A stretch of DNA of 64,000 bases from Octopus sinensis (taxonomy: Eukaryota). Position 1 is the first letter of the stretch. Each line of letters begins with the position of its first letter. The translations under genes were made by a program, and so were the position numbers. Under the pieces are notes generated by a model. It was given only the letters and a program-made list of their open reading frames with translations. It ran no database searches and was not told the DNA's origin. Where the stretch lies: assembly GCF_006345805.1 (NCBI RefSeq), contig NC_043006.1, positions 91,822,001-91,886,000 of the forward strand. The letters are read 5' to 3'. Positions 1 through 13,609 of the stretch are shown piece by piece.

Positions 1-857
1 CTGTGTGTAATCTTCCATCCAAATCTAATGACTACGAGCTACTTGTGATATTCAGGCATCGATCAGTTGTTGACTTAAATTAAATTCGAAATGCACCCCG
101 CCACCGTTGCCTGTCTGTTATTTCTGATGTTTCTTTGAATTCGAAGAAATTTATGATAACTTCTTCAATGCTATCACTTAAGACAAATCAAGGAAATTAT
201 TGAGCCATTTAACATTTGCATCTTTACAACGGAAAAGGTTATGGATCATTCCAGTTCTTAGAGCTACAGCTTTCTCATTTCCCTGTGAGGACAAATTGTT
301 GATTTATCAGGTGACACAAATTTTAATTAAAATGAATTTAAATATTTTATAATGTTTGCATAATTTTGTTACTGCAATTTTCAGCAGTAATTTTCGTGCT
401 CAAAATATTTTAAATACTTTTCAAAGACCTTATGACTTTCGGCAAAACACCCAAGTCAGGGAAATAATTTACTCCTATTTTGCGAGATGTTTTAAATTAA
501 ACGATCATTAAAAGTTGCTTGTATTGATGTTTTTATACAAAGAAATGAATTACATTTTGAAATTTAAATACATATTTGTTTCATTGTTGATAAGATTTAG
601 GGAACGGTGTGTTATTTTCTTAAATAAATGAACGGACATTTCACTTTCTGCGCTGCTATTACTGTAAGCACTTAAATATGGATGTCACATTATCTTCAAC
701 CAAACTGATCACTTTGAAGTAAGGGATTTCCTTACCTCCTCTTCTTGGCAAAGGCTATAATTGTTTGGCCCTAAGGCCTTCTATTTTAGGTGGGCTTGCT
801 ATTAAAGGCGTTCAAGCTGTGATCATTCTATCTTTAGATAATCTTTATCGATCTATT

Positions 858-1080
858 TAACTTAGTGGATAGAGTAATACAATCACGATCGCAAGATCGG
901 GTTTTCTATTCTCGTTCCGGTCGAGCTGTTGTGTTCTTGAGCAAATCACTTCATTGCTCCAGTTCGCTTAGCTCTAAATGAATAACCCTGAGAAGAAGGA
1001 ATGGAGTCCCATATGTTGCTATGTCAGTTATTTCAGTCATGGAAACCGGACAACCTTCTTACTGTAATTTGGCAGACGGA
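858..1080 (+). mobile_element. Degenerate tRNA-headed SINE (body D)
   Basis: Decayed A/B boxes, then TGTTGTGTTCTTGAGCAAATCACTTCATTGCTCCAGTTC, matching minus-strand copies at 40830, 51300 and 56402. Confidence 0.5.
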
Positions 1081-1086
1081 AATCTG

Positions 1087-1087
1087 C

Positions 1088-1140
<53 letters not shown>
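1087..1140. repeat. (TA)n microsatellite, one of dozens in the window
   Basis: Direct; explains the IYIY ORFs. Confidence 0.95.
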
Positions 1141-1142
<2 letters not shown>

Positions 1143-1285
1143 CACACATATATATCCGAGATTTATTTCAACGAAGCGTTTTGAAATCCGCGATAAACCT
1201 GTGCCTTCGAAAGGAGTCTCTTAATATATGCTCCCCTTCTGTATTTCAGAAACAAGCGGACAAAAGGCTTGTTTGCAATTCTTTC

Positions 1286-1385
1286 AGCTCTTTAGATCCT
1301 GAGTTGACACTCCTCTTAGGTCAACATTGCCTTCCGTCCTTGCAGGGTCGATAACATAAGTACCAGTTGCCAAAATTTGAAACCA
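1286..1385 (+). mobile_element. Degenerate SINE family A fragment
   Basis: GGTCAACATTGCCTTCCGTCCTTGCAGGGTCGATAACATAAGTACCAGT resembles the core of the 6826-7178 copy. Confidence 0.55.
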
Positions 1386-1580
1386 TTCTTCTTCTTCTTC
1401 TTCTTCTTCTTCTTCTTCTTCTTCTTCTTCTTCTTCTTCTTCTTCTCCTCCTCCTCCTCCTCCCTCCTCTTCTTCTCCTCCTCCCCACCCCTCCTCCTCC
1501 TTCTCTTCTTCTTTTTCTTCTTCTTCTTTTTCTTCTTCTTCTTCTCTTCTTCTTCTTCTTCTTCTTCTCCTTCTTCTTTC
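1386..1580. repeat. (CTT)n/(CCT)n trinucleotide tract
   Basis: Direct; explains the poly-L/F/K/E ORFs. Confidence 0.95.
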
Positions 1581-1583
1581 ATT

Positions 1584-1826
1584 GCCTTTGCACAGCTTCT
1601 AACACTGGAGATATACTACGGTGTCAGCTGTTCGCTACTAGTGATGAACGAAACACCCATATTTCCAGGTGTGAATAAAGCAAGCCTGGAAGAATTCCCC
1701 TCAACGCATGGTTATGATGTCCCCCCCACTACTTCTGCTTCTGGTCAGAGATGCACATATCGTCAGCCACTAAGGAACATTCTCAAGCAACTGAGAAGCA
1801 AATCTGTGGTATTGAGCAGAATATTA
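1584..1826 (-). mobile_element. Short non-coding derivative of an R4/Dong-type LINE (3' end fused to a second repeat segment)
   Basis: 1584-1655 matches the LINE 3' ends at 31667 and 32351; 1745-1826 matches 31433-31526. Confidence 0.55.
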
Positions 1827-2142
1827 CTCACGATCCTTAAACCACAGACCTGTTTGTGGTGCTGTGGAAAAAGAGGCAACAAAATTGAATATGAGATATA
1901 TCCATTCCGTCCCCCTAACCCCACAGAAGATCTCTCGGATGCAAGTTTATTCGGAAAATGTTTGCTTGGGTCAGGGGTTTGTATTCGTGTTAAACGTGAG
2001 GGATTTTTATGTAGGATGGCGGTACTGGTTGAATTTCATCCCCTAGTGGTGGGCACATCTGTCTATGTGTGTCTTTTGCAGCGTGGTATTTAGGAACCTG
2101 AAAAATGCAAGTAGCAGAGGGATATCCAGACTATCTGCAAGA

Positions 2143-2330
2143 TGCAGGAGGAAAGAGTGGGAGAAAGTTGTGGCGAAAGAGTCAGAAGATGTTCGCCATT
2201 AACTTCTGCCGGAGCCGCGTGGAGCTTAGGTATTTCGCTCATAAACACACACATCGCCCGGTCTGAGATTCGAACCCGCGATCCCTCGACCGCGAGTCCG
2301 CTGCTCTAACCACTAGGCCATGTGCCTCCA
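2143..2330 (-). mobile_element. tRNA-derived SINE family C, 3'-truncated
   Basis: Minus strand TGGAGGCACATGGCCTAGTGGTTAGAGCAGCGGACTCGCGG...GGTTCGAATCTC (A and B boxes); homologous to 45561 and 54664. Confidence 0.85.
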
Positions 2331-3578
2331 CGTTTAAAAGGATAGGATTAATTAGACGCCAGTCCGTAACTCCGCCGAGAGAAAACGCCACCAAAAACTG
2401 TCGTGGTTCAGACACCCGGTTCCTTGAAAACTTGTGTGGTTAAGATTTTTTTATCCTAGTGGATAAACAATTTTCTCTTCATGAAATTATTGGTCAGTTA
2501 AAATTTTTAAGAGGCATTTCTTAAGAGTTTTCTTTATATGTGCTCTTCTGTAAAAGAATGATATCAAGAGGTAGGCTCATGCCTTTGTCAGGATGCTCAT
2601 GTTGAGATGACACAACGTCTCCTTATAATCGAAATAGAAACGCAGAGACACTTTAACTTGAATACTGTTACTCATGTCTTTAGATACAAGACCAGCAATC
2701 GTGAAAGCAAAGGTGTTAGTCGACACGACCGACCCCAATATTTGATTTTTACTCTATTTTATCGTACTTGAAGGAAATTTGAACTAAGATTGCAGAATGC
2801 TCGGACAGATGCTACAAAACAGTTTGAACAACGCTGTAACGATTTTGCCACCACGCAACCCTATTGTGTAGCTATATAATTTTATTACATCTAGATTTAA
2901 AATATTTAAAAATAAATGAGTTAAAATAAACTAAAAATTACAATTTTTTAATTACGTTTTGGATTGAAAACATTTACATGCATTTATAGCTTCGATATGA
3001 AAACGCTTTTATTCTTACTTATGAAACTCAAGTTTTTTCCTCGTTCAAATAAATTCTGGAATTACACATTCCGGAATGAAATACGTGATAACAATAACAT
3101 CTATTGAAACGCAGTGTAAATGGAAATGTTGAAAAAATAAATTTAATTTCTAAATACGAGGTTAATATTCTGAAAAATTATTATTTGAGAAACGGAGATG
3201 TAATTTAGGAAGATCAACAGGTGATAAAATTCATGAATATATAACACTTTATCGACCAATTTCATCAAAATCATTAAGAATGGAACGCACAATGTATATA
3301 TTGTGGCAGCAAAATAAAAGTAGATAATCGAAAGCTAACACTTTTCAAAGAGTCGGTTAATGACGAAAAAAAAATCATATCAAATAAACGGGCGTTGGTA
3401 GTGTTTTGACGGTAAGAAACGTTGCTTTGCCATCACGTCGTTTAGGGTTCTAGCACACAGTGCATCATTATCATCATCATCATCATCATCAAGAGCCCCC
3501 TACTGTAGACTCATAGCCTCACTCGAGTTGACCATTGGCATGTGCAGAAAAATATTCATGTGTGTATATAAATATATA

Positions 3579-3614
<36 letters not shown>

Positions 3615-3632
3615 TGTATGTATCCACCCACA

Positions 3633-3706
<74 letters not shown>

Positions 3707-3708
<2 letters not shown>

Positions 3709-3990
3709 GCGCAGGTGCGGCCATGTGGTATGAAGCTTGCTTTCCAATCACATGGTTCCGGGTTCAGTCCCACTGTGTGGCAACTTGGGAAAGTGTCTTC
3801 TACTATAGCTTCGGGCCGACCAATGCCATGTGAATGAAGCCCGTTGCATATATATATGTATGTATGTATTTGTGTGTCTGTGTTTCCCCCTCCACCATCG
3901 CTTGACAACGGATGTTGGTGTGCTTACATCTCTGTAAAGTACTAGGCTTACATAGAATAAGTCCTGGGGTTGTTTTGTTCGACTAAATGA
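3707..3990 (+). mobile_element. tRNA-derived SINE family B with CORE-like domain
   Basis: GGTTCCGGGTTCAGTCCCACTGTGTGGCAACTTGGGAAAGTGTCTTCTACTATAGC; homologous to 33861, 36966 and 58352. Confidence 0.8.
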
Positions 3991-4023
<33 letters not shown>

Positions 4024-4179
4024 TGTTTGTATGTATGTATGTATTTATTTATCTATCTATCTATCTATCTATCAATAAATATTTATAGTTATGTATATAT
4101 ATATATATATATATACATATATATATTATATATATGCGCGTGTATTTATATGCACGTATATGTGTGAATGTGCAGAAAT

Positions 4180-4217
<38 letters not shown>

Positions 4218-5339
4218 ATACGCACACGCACACGGAAGGTTGCCTGTGTATCTGTTCTAGTTACGTTTACCAGAATAATCTTTGTGTTTGCGATTCGATA
4301 AAAAGATATCAATGAAATATTTTCCCGACCGTAAGAAATACAGCGATCGATATCAATAAACGAAAACTTTGATAAGTAGTGTTCCAGCATGGCCATGATA
4401 CAATGATTAAATGTGTAGGAGTTACTCAAGGAGAACTACGAATTACATGAAAAGGAATAGTCAATTCCGGATTCCGTGTTTATGGGAGAATATTTTGCAA
4501 AAATATTTCTTCCCATTCAGTTTTGTCGGCAACAAACATTCTAACGCAGCCGCTCCCACGTATTGCTGCCAAGTGGGATAATTACCTTAATTAATATATA
4601 TGATTATGTAAAAATGAACCTGTGTGGAAATCTTGCCTGGAGAAGTGTATAACATTCTAACACCATTCTCTAATTCCTACATTTGTGAGATGTACGAAAG
4701 AAAAGTAAACAATAGACACGTTTTCCTCGTTTGATTTGTAAAAGTGTCATATCTTAGATAAAGGTGATAAAGTTGAAGGAAGAAATATATTTCTCTTTCT
4801 TTTAGAGATATCAGGAGTGGCAAACGTTTTTCGAATATGTTTTGTTCATCTTAATTATAACGATCCGATTAGCAATGGTATTTATTCAGAAGCACGCAAT
4901 TCGTCACATTAGCTAATTTGTTTATCACCATGATATGTTTTAACAAATGTTATTATCGCAAATTCATATTACTAATTAATTACTGCCATTCTTTAATTTA
5001 ATTAATTTATGATTCAATTTCTAGCTGGGGAATATTTACTTTTGATAGTTTCATGTAAATCATTTTTTTTAAAGAGGTGTTTAGCTGTTTTACTACTGTT
5101 TACAATGATTGATACATCATGCCACTTCCGCTTCGAAAATAACAGCTAATCTTCCTATCATTACAGCTGTAACAACATGAAAATGTTTATCCAAGTATAC
5201 GGACGCAATCAATTTATCGACTGCCCCTCCTTGTCTCTCAAATCTCTCCACACAAGTACAAACATATACTCAAACACACACACAAACACAAACATACTCA
5301 TATAAATTCATCATATACTTATGTATATGTCGATACACT

Positions 5340-5584
5340 ACATTATATTATGTATATACATACATAAATAAATATATATATACTTACAAATATATATATA
5401 CACACATATATATATATATATGCATATATATATATATGTATATATATGTGTACTTATATAAATGTCGATACACTACATTATATTATATATATATACATAC
5501 ATAAATATATACATATGTATATACATACATATATATATATATATATGCAGTTATGTATGTATATAATGTATGTATATATATATA

Positions 5585-5627
<43 letters not shown>

Positions 5628-5718
5628 GTATATATATAAGCATATATATATATATGTATATATATGTATATATATTTGTAGATATATATAATATATATAT
5701 AATATATATATATATTTG

Positions 5719-5763
<45 letters not shown>

Positions 5764-5765
5764 TT

Positions 5766-5806
<41 letters not shown>

Positions 5807-5818
5807 CAAATATATATG

Positions 5819-5874
<56 letters not shown>

Positions 5875-5925
5875 TATATATATATACATATATACATATA
5901 TATGTATATATGGATATGTATATTT
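5340..5925. repeat. Long interrupted (TA)n/(TACA)n tract
   Basis: Direct. Confidence 0.9.
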
Positions 5926-6825
5926 ATGCATGTATCTGGCTGTCTACGTTTCTGTTTTTGTTTCCTTTTCGTTCCTGTCTCATCTTTTTTTCTTTTTGCG
6001 CCATCTTGTTTTTATTCCTCTCAATATTTTGAACATTGCAAGGATTTTTATTGCCTTCTTATCAAAACATAATTCTCGTCGTATAAGTATCCAGATGTAA
6101 TGAATTCAAAACACATCATGCATACAGTTATACTGTTATTAGGTAGCAGTTTCACATTATACATGTATGAGCACGCGCTCACTCACACACACTCACACAC
6201 ACGCACATTTATATATAAGAAATTTCACACCACATACGCTCACACACACATACACTTATATATATATATATATAGTGTGTGTGTATGTGCATAAGTATAT
6301 ATTAAATCATGCATGTATATAAATATACAATTCTAGCATTTTTTAAAATCAAATTTGGCAGTGCTTTTTTATTCGAGTCATGTCAGCGTTTGGGGCCATG
6401 TATTATCTAAAGATCACTGATTGCTTGGCGTCTGCATGCGTCAACAAGTTCGTGATCTTTCAGTAAAGGTGAGCTTCGGTCCACTGGTCAACTATATAAA
6501 AGTCCCTTTGTGGTTTGCCGTTCATAGAACTTTAAAACCGTCACTTGCAAGTTGCAAACTAATATGGATTGGTAGTATGTACATGCCTTCATTAATTGGT
6601 TTACGGGTCCAGTATAATAGTGAACAGGTAAAGATAACTTCTCGGTCCCTTTACCCTTGAGCCAGCGGAGCATCCAAGATATGAGAGCAAAAGAGGGAAA
6701 TGGTTGTTTAGTACTCAGTTGGTACTCATTACAGCTGAGTAGACTAACGGTAAGGTGAATTCAAGTGCCCAAGACACATCGCCCAACAATTACACCTACA
6801 CCGTTTTGATTGTGAGCCGAAAGGT

Positions 6826-7178
6826 GGAGAGCTGTCAGAAACGTTAGCACGCCGGGCGAAATGCGTAGCCGTATTTCGTCTGCCGTTACGTTCTGAGTTC
6901 AAATTCTGCCGAGGTCGACTTTACCTTTCATCCTTTCCGGGTCGATAAATTAAGTACCAGTTAAGCACTGGGGTTTGTCCTCTCTGTGTTTAGCCCCTTG
7001 TGGGTAGTAAAGAAATGGGTATTTCATCTGTCATTACGTTCTGAGTTCGAATTCCGCCGAGGTCGACTTTGCTTTTAATCCTTTCGGGGTCGATAAATTA
7101 AGTGCCAGTTGCGTACTGGGGCCGATCTAACGAACTGCCCCTCCCCCAAAATTTCAAGCCTTGTGCCTAGAGGAGAAA
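6826..7178 (+). mobile_element. SINE family A with internal duplication of its central domain
   Basis: TTACGTTCTGAGTTC(A/G)AATTC(T/C)GCCGAGGTCGACTTT...GGTCGATAAATTAAGT occurs near 6886 and again near 7034. Confidence 0.85.
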
Positions 7179-7915
7179 ATGGTCGCGAACGGAATAATCT
7201 TGACGCTATTTTCATACTTCTGTGTATGGCAAACGTTTCATCTGACAATATATTTCTTTCATTTTAAACCCTCTCACCATTAAAGTAATCACAACTGGAA
7301 CTTTTTTCTAAGTCTTTACATATTTATGAATTTAACAAAATAACGGCAGATCTGAGGTGTAGCTCAAGGCAATTGTGCATTCTCGACTCGAGATGTGCAC
7401 TAATCTCTTTCAATCCAAACAAAGGAAGAAGAAACGTTGACATTCGTTGTTTTCCCAAGACTGTCACCAATATTAATGGAGTGGAACAACTACAATAGAA
7501 AAACAGAACATCAGTTAAAGAACAGATTACCGAGTGCGTTACTATATAATTTCGTCGGAGTAAATAACTTGCAACTCTATACATCTCTAGTTAGAATCTG
7601 ACGATAGTGGATTCAGTACAAAGACAGTATTAATCTAAAGAGTGTATAGAAGTGCTGAATAAATAGCAATTTATATGTTATTCCGTGTACTGGGCGGTGT
7701 TTAATCCTCCAACACAATTCTCAACGGCTTCTCAGCCTAACAAATATGTAGCAGACAGCGAGCCGGTTCACGGCTGATTTCATCCAATGACCATTACTGC
7801 TGTTTTGATCTTTCAAGTTTGTAATTATCATCTCACATTCGGAAATATATTATTCTCCCCCTTCTGAGGATGGTTGATACCTTTTTCATAACTCTATATC
7901 TTCAAATAATAATAG

Positions 7916-7946
<31 letters not shown>

Positions 7947-8341
7947 AATAAACTAGATTGTTTATTACAATAAACGCACTTTACAATTAAGTTGTAACCC
8001 AGTGATGTCTCTGAAAGTCATAGGAGAACTGTTAAATTTTGTATTGAAGGTAATTTTAAGTTCAGATACTCTGCAAATAAATACTAAATGCTTTCATTAT
8101 ACGACATCGTTCATTTGTTAAAACTACATATGAGAGGTAACTGAATACGTTTAATTAGACAGAAACGAAGGAAAAGATTGTAATGTATGTGAGGCATAGA
8201 GAACAGCGAAATCTCCTCTCAACACGTTTTGGTAGACTCAGGCCTGAAAGCCTTATCGATGTTGTTTTTTCTCCTCCGTGAGCAAAATCCCTTTTGGCGA
8301 TGTGTGTTTTGTAGCACAACAGATTCACCGTTGTAAGGGAA

Positions 8342-8390
8342 TTCGAGACACCGTAGGGTTCTGACTGCATTCTATGTCTCCTCAGCCGAA
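8342..8390 (-). ncRNA. Possible degenerate type I hammerhead ribozyme
   Basis: Minus: TTCGG CTGAGGA GAC..GTC AGAA CCCTACGG TG TCTCGAA; GAAA and the cleavage triplet are corrupted. Confidence 0.3.
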
Positions 8391-8498
8391 GTTACCCCAA
8401 CCGTCTTCATATATTCTTAATTCCACCGAAGAATATGATGCAAGATAAGAAACGTCAGCTTGGATTTAAGTGTATGTGTATGTATGCATATATACATA

Positions 8499-8556
<58 letters not shown>

Positions 8557-8641
8557 ATATACATATCTATATACGATTGATATGTGTGTATATATGTATG
8601 TATGTATGTATGTAGTATGTATGTATGTATGTATGTATGTT

Positions 8642-8704
<63 letters not shown>

Positions 8705-8744
8705 CATATATGTGTATCTACCTATCTATCAATCGACATATATA

Positions 8745-9003
8745 TGACCCTCCGCAAAATCCTAAATTTTATTTAATTTGCTTTGAGGGAACAACTGTTT
8801 TATTGAAAGCGTATCTTGTTATTAAATGCTCGAAATACGAGATTAGAAAAACAGCCAACGACTGATGATGGGTCGTTCTTTGTGTTGTTTGTCTTATTTT
8901 CCGATTGTGTCTTATGTTGTTCGAAAAATACTTCATATTCCATGTACTCGTTCTTCGTATCTTTTGTTGTACACTTTTCGTGACGTCCTGTGCCCACATA
9001 TGC
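8745..9003 (+). mobile_element. Non-coding dispersed repeat in microsatellite context (Penelope-like terminal segment)
   Basis: Colinear with the reverse complement of 38675-38940: GACCCTCC...ACTGATGA(T/A)GGGTCGTTCTTT...GTGAC(G/A)TCCTGT(G/A)CCCA. Confidence 0.6.
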
Positions 9004-9119
9004 ACGTATATATACGTATAGATGTAAGTATGTACATATACGTATGTATATATGCATAAATGTATATATATTATTTATATTATTATATGATTGAACGCCA
9101 CGCATCCTCTTCGAAGTAA

Positions 9120-9162
<43 letters not shown>

Positions 9163-9166
<4 letters not shown>

Positions 9167-9662
9167 CCCCTCAACATGATTTCGAATAAAAGCATTTTCC
9201 TATGATAGTTCTATGCCTAAAACAGGTTTCAAGGCTTTCTTGCCAAGAACCATCAGACGATTAACCTGGGCTCATTTCGATTAGAATTTCCTTTTCGGGG
9301 AAAAATTTAGACCAGTGTTTAGTCCCAAATCCCACCAATAATGGGGCTCTTAAGCCGGTAACGGATGAATACATTCTGAACATATGAAACAATAGTTCGC
9401 CATTGGATGGGTCAGAAGTGCTTGAACTTAAACATCCCATCTACGTCTCGTCGTATCTACCTTTCTTCCGTGCTAAGATTGCATATCTAATGTGTAATGC
9501 ATGCAAAGACAGTGCAAGTAAGATGACCTCTGCAGCTCCTACCATATTGACACACAAAACAATGCACTTTGGGGCATTACTTTCATTAAATAATGGAAAA
9601 TTCCATTTGCTTTTTCTGAAACAGTTGGCTGCTTTTCTTTGTTTAAGATCACCATTTTTCTC

Positions 9663-9666
<4 letters not shown>
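9163..9666 (+). mobile_element. ~500 bp insert between two (TA)n tracts with a decayed hammerhead-like motif
   Basis: (TA)n on both sides; CGGATGA ATA..TAT GAAA CAATAG TT at 9362-9397. Confidence 0.35.
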
Positions 9667-9719
<53 letters not shown>

Positions 9720-9752
9720 AATCATATATATATATAATATATATATATATGT

Positions 9753-10016
9753 ATAATTATTAAACATGACGTCAAACATTAAGGCAAGCAAACATCTCGA
9801 GTCATATACAAAATTATTATAGGAAGAAATTCAAATCTCATTTTCATCCTATGTTTGCCTTGCCTTAATGTTTGACGTCCTGTTTAACAATTATAGGTCC
9901 TTTGCATCGGAAACGTGCAATGGCTCCGCCTTGGAGCCCCACTAATCAGTTACAACACTTACCTAGCGTGCGTGCTAAATAGTTTAGATCACCTGTGAAC
10001 TAAATCCCCATATTTT
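9753..10016 (+). mobile_element. Foldback insert in (TA)n
   Basis: Inverted repeat 9753-9794 / 9851-9893; ends CCCCATATTTTG then (TA)n. Confidence 0.6.
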
Positions 10017-10266
10017 GTATATATATATATATATTATATATATATATAATATATATATATTCCGAGTGTTTAAAATTCAAAATGTTTTTCAGTTCTCCCT
10101 GCCCTTAGAATTATTTTACATAATTTTAAAAAAAAATTAATTCGTTTTCGGGAATGAAAATGTATGTGTAATATATATATATATATATACATATATATAT
10201 ACATATTATATATATACATAAATATATATACCTATATATATATACACACATACATATATATACCTC

Positions 10267-10341
<75 letters not shown>

Positions 10342-10424
10342 TACCTACCTATATATATATATATATACATATATATTTCTGCATATATATATATATATAT
10401 ATATATCTATGTATCGAATTGAAT

Positions 10425-12060
10425 TGAACCGGTTTCATCTAATGACCAGTGGCCATGCTGGGGCACCGCCATTTGGTGGTGCTACATAACTTTTACTTCA
10501 CTGATTCAATTTGGAACTTGACATGTGATGCATAAGGGAGTTGGACGCCGCTTCCCTCATTTGCACTTCTTGATGTGGCGTTGGTTCATCTAAGAATCTT
10601 GACAGTAAGAGATCTAGTTTCGTTTTGAAGACACCTACATCCACCCCATACAGATCTCTCAGGTCTTTCGGAAGGATATTGAAGAGCAGTGGGTCTAAAA
10701 AAAACCTAAGCTGTAGCAATATCTTGTCCTATACTTTGATGACAAAACTGGAATCTTTGGCATTATGTAGTGGCGCCATGTTCTAGCGTTAGTGTAACTC
10801 TCAGTCACAAAGTTTGAGACGTGTCCCTTCAGGATCTTCCAAATTATATTACGGCAAACTTTTCCCGCCTATGTTCCAGGGAACAGAGTCTCAATCTCTT
10901 GACTCTTTCCCAGTAGCTTATATGTTGCATAGACGCTATCTTCGTGTAGTTTCGTTGGATTGCTTCAAGTTCTGCAATTAATTTTACACTGCTTAGGACA
11001 AATGTCCTCGAGAAGACCATCATGGTTACCTAATTTCTCGATTTAAAAATTCTGAAAATCCATCCTGTCAGCTGTGTACTTTTCATTGCCAACTTAGCAA
11101 CATGTACGTGGCTAAGTTATAAATGCCCAAGTCTCGCACTGACTGCGTCTCTGTGATTGCAATCCCTCCAGGTCTAGTGTATCTTATTGCTATTGCAGTT
11201 AGTTTTGCATGCTGATAGCACAGGGTTTGAACCATTAAACTGCATCTTATTCTTCTTCGCTCACCTGTTTGTTTCATCTAATTCACGTTGCAGGTGCATA
11301 ACGAGTTCTGTATCACCTGTGGGACTTTTGCATCATCTGCACTTGTGATCGTGGCTCTCTTTGTGACTGAGGGTATATCTAAGAGGGCCATTATAAATTG
11401 TAGTGGTCCCAAAAGAGCGCCTTGCGTGTCATTGGCGGTGAACCCATGAATACTATTGCTTGACTTCTATCTTTGAGAAAGGCATGCAGCCATTTTCACA
11501 ATTTCTCGACTACGCCGAGATCACGCATTTTGTGACATAGCATTCCATGGTCGACTTTATCGAAGGCCTTTGCAAAATCGAGATATATCACATTCAGATT
11601 TGAGGGGTAGTGGAGTTGTTTCAACACCCAGTCATAATGTTGTAAGAGTCGGAAACCATGTTGGGTGATTAGTTTCCTTCTAACTATTCGTTCCATGATT
11701 TGCTGATGAGCGAGCTCTGAGAGAGAGGTTTGTAACTTTTGGCCTCTACTCTGCTGCCTCCTTTATGAATGGGGCATATTTTACCTTCCTTCAGCTTGCT
11801 TGGAAGTTTGCCAGTTGTGAGGAAGCTGTGGAAGAGAGACTGTAGTGGTCTTGCTAAGACTCGCTGAAATGATTTTAGAAAGATTGCTGAGAATCCACAA
11901 GGGCCAGTAGCTGAGTGCGGGTTCATCTCATCTATAGCCCTTATTACATCATCTTTTATATTGATGTACTCAATCATCACTGCCTCTGTTTTTGTATCTG
12001 CAGTGGCGAAGAAGGCAGCTGGCTTGCTGACTTGCAAGTGTCCATTATAGTGCTTAACTG
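10425..12060 (-). mobile_element. 5'-truncated, decayed CR1/L2-group LINE (RT region)
   Basis: ICPIHKGGSR..SYKPLS, IYLDFAKAFDKVDHGML, QGALLGPL, ADDAK, LFNILPKDLRD in broken frames; 3' end GGCGGTGCCCCAGCATGGCCAC followed by (AATTC)n. Confidence 0.9.
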
Positions 12061-12175
12061 AAACAGCTGTAAGGGACTATGTTTGAGTTTTGCTGATAAT
12101 AAATCTTTATCAAAAGCTATATCTCCATTTTCTTAGTTTTTATTTTATACATAATACATACATACATACATACAT

Positions 12176-12705
12176 TGTTATGGCTGCCCCCTCGTTATCG
12201 AGTATGGCCATTGCACGAAGCTTAACTATTATTGTTGCGGTAATCGAATGTGACTTTTTAGCCCAGCTAAAGATCTACAATGTCTTGTACAGAATTGGCA
12301 ACTAAAACCTTTACCGGTAATAGCCGGCTGTAGTTGTAACTGGGCTTCATGTACCTTTGCATGTCGTTTAAGTCCTCCTGCCGAATTACACTCTCTTCCA
12401 CATGCCCGACATATATGATTAGTATGGTGTGTTACACCACCACCACTGGCCAGGTTGTCACTCATCTGTCTCGCTTAATGACTACGAAGATGACTCTTGA
12501 ATCCAGCTTTACTGAGGCAGGGTCTTGCATGTTAGCATCATAGGAAGACCCTTCCCATCTGGAAGTGTAACAGCGATGCCCTTTCTAACATCCCTCCTTA
12601 CTTTCTCATGTGCAACTCGAGATTTCTCAAAAGTGGGTCCCCTCGTGCACAATTCTTCTCCACCTGCTACGATCAATAGCTATGCCTTCCCATGCCTTCC
12701 CATAA
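12176..12705 (-). mobile_element. RTE-clade LINE 3' fragment with two C2H2-type zinc fingers
   Basis: WEGIAIDRSRWRRIVHEG; CRACGRECNSAGGLKRHAKVH and CQFCTRHCRSLAGLKSHIR; (ATGT)n tail. Confidence 0.75.
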
Positions 12706-12779
12706 TGATAATAATTACATACATACGTAAATACATACATACATGCATACATACATGCATACATACATACATACATACA

Positions 12780-12815
<36 letters not shown>

Positions 12816-12819
12816 TATA

Positions 12820-13290
12820 ATTGCAGCGTGGAAGGTGTTTATAAGCCATTTAAGAAACACACAAAACCGTTAGATTCACTTCAACATTTAAATTTTATTT
12901 GTCAAAATATTTTCGGCGCTTTGAGACCGTGACTTGTTCACTGACAAAGCTTTGTTCTGCATCTGAGAAAGTAACAGTTACTTTCTCAGATTCATGATAT
13001 ATATGTACGTATGTATGTGTGTGTATGTATGTATGTATGTATGTATGTATGTATGTATGTATGTGTGTATGTATTTATGTATGTATGTATTTATGTATGC
13101 ACGTATGTGCGTATGTATGTATGTGTGCGCATGCCTATACGTATGTATGTGAGTATTTAGGAGAGTGTGTAGACGTGTCTGTGTGTTTTTACATGTGTAT
13201 GTATATGTGAACGTATGTTTATGTAATGATATGTGTCAGTTCAAGTTGTATACATGACTGTTACCTTATTGAAGGTTGTATATATACACA
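12820..13290 (-). repeat. Left arm of a ~470 bp inverted repeat (partner 17370-17830)
   Basis: Near-exact reverse complement of 17370-17830, including the microsatellite-rich segment. Confidence 0.9.
12898..12948 (-). ncRNA. Type I hammerhead-like ribozyme, G3-C8 core variant
   Basis: Minus: TTTGTCA GTGAACA A GTCAC GGTCTCAAA GCGCC GAAA ATAT TT TGACAAA. Confidence 0.6.
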
Positions 13291-13533
13291 CATACACATT
13301 TATATAGACACACACACATATATATGCGTATGTGTGTGCTTTTGCCTCTCTCACCACCATTTAACGGTGAATGGATATAACGTCTTAGATACATATATGC
13401 ACATATAACCTTATACATTTATGTAAGTACACACACTCATATAGACACTCATATATACGCTCATCCATCTCTACATACATTCATACATATACACACACAT
13501 ACATACAAATAAATATACATATATATATATATT

Positions 13534-13605
<72 letters not shown>

Positions 13606-13609
<4 letters not shown>

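Noticed and set aside
1377-2093. 238 aa ORF
   Set aside because: Runs through a (CTT)n tract and repeat fragments; no domain motif
2255-2330. tRNA gene (also 45561 and 54900)
   Set aside because: A/B boxes present but no proper acceptor stem, and each continues into a shared SINE body
8830-8930. CTGATGA in the 8745/38675 family as a hammerhead
   Set aside because: Conserved in both copies, but I could not build convincing stems II and III
12229-12465. Possible host C2H2 zinc-finger gene exon
   Set aside because: Colinear with an RTE C-terminal motif and a microsatellite tail; explained as LINE
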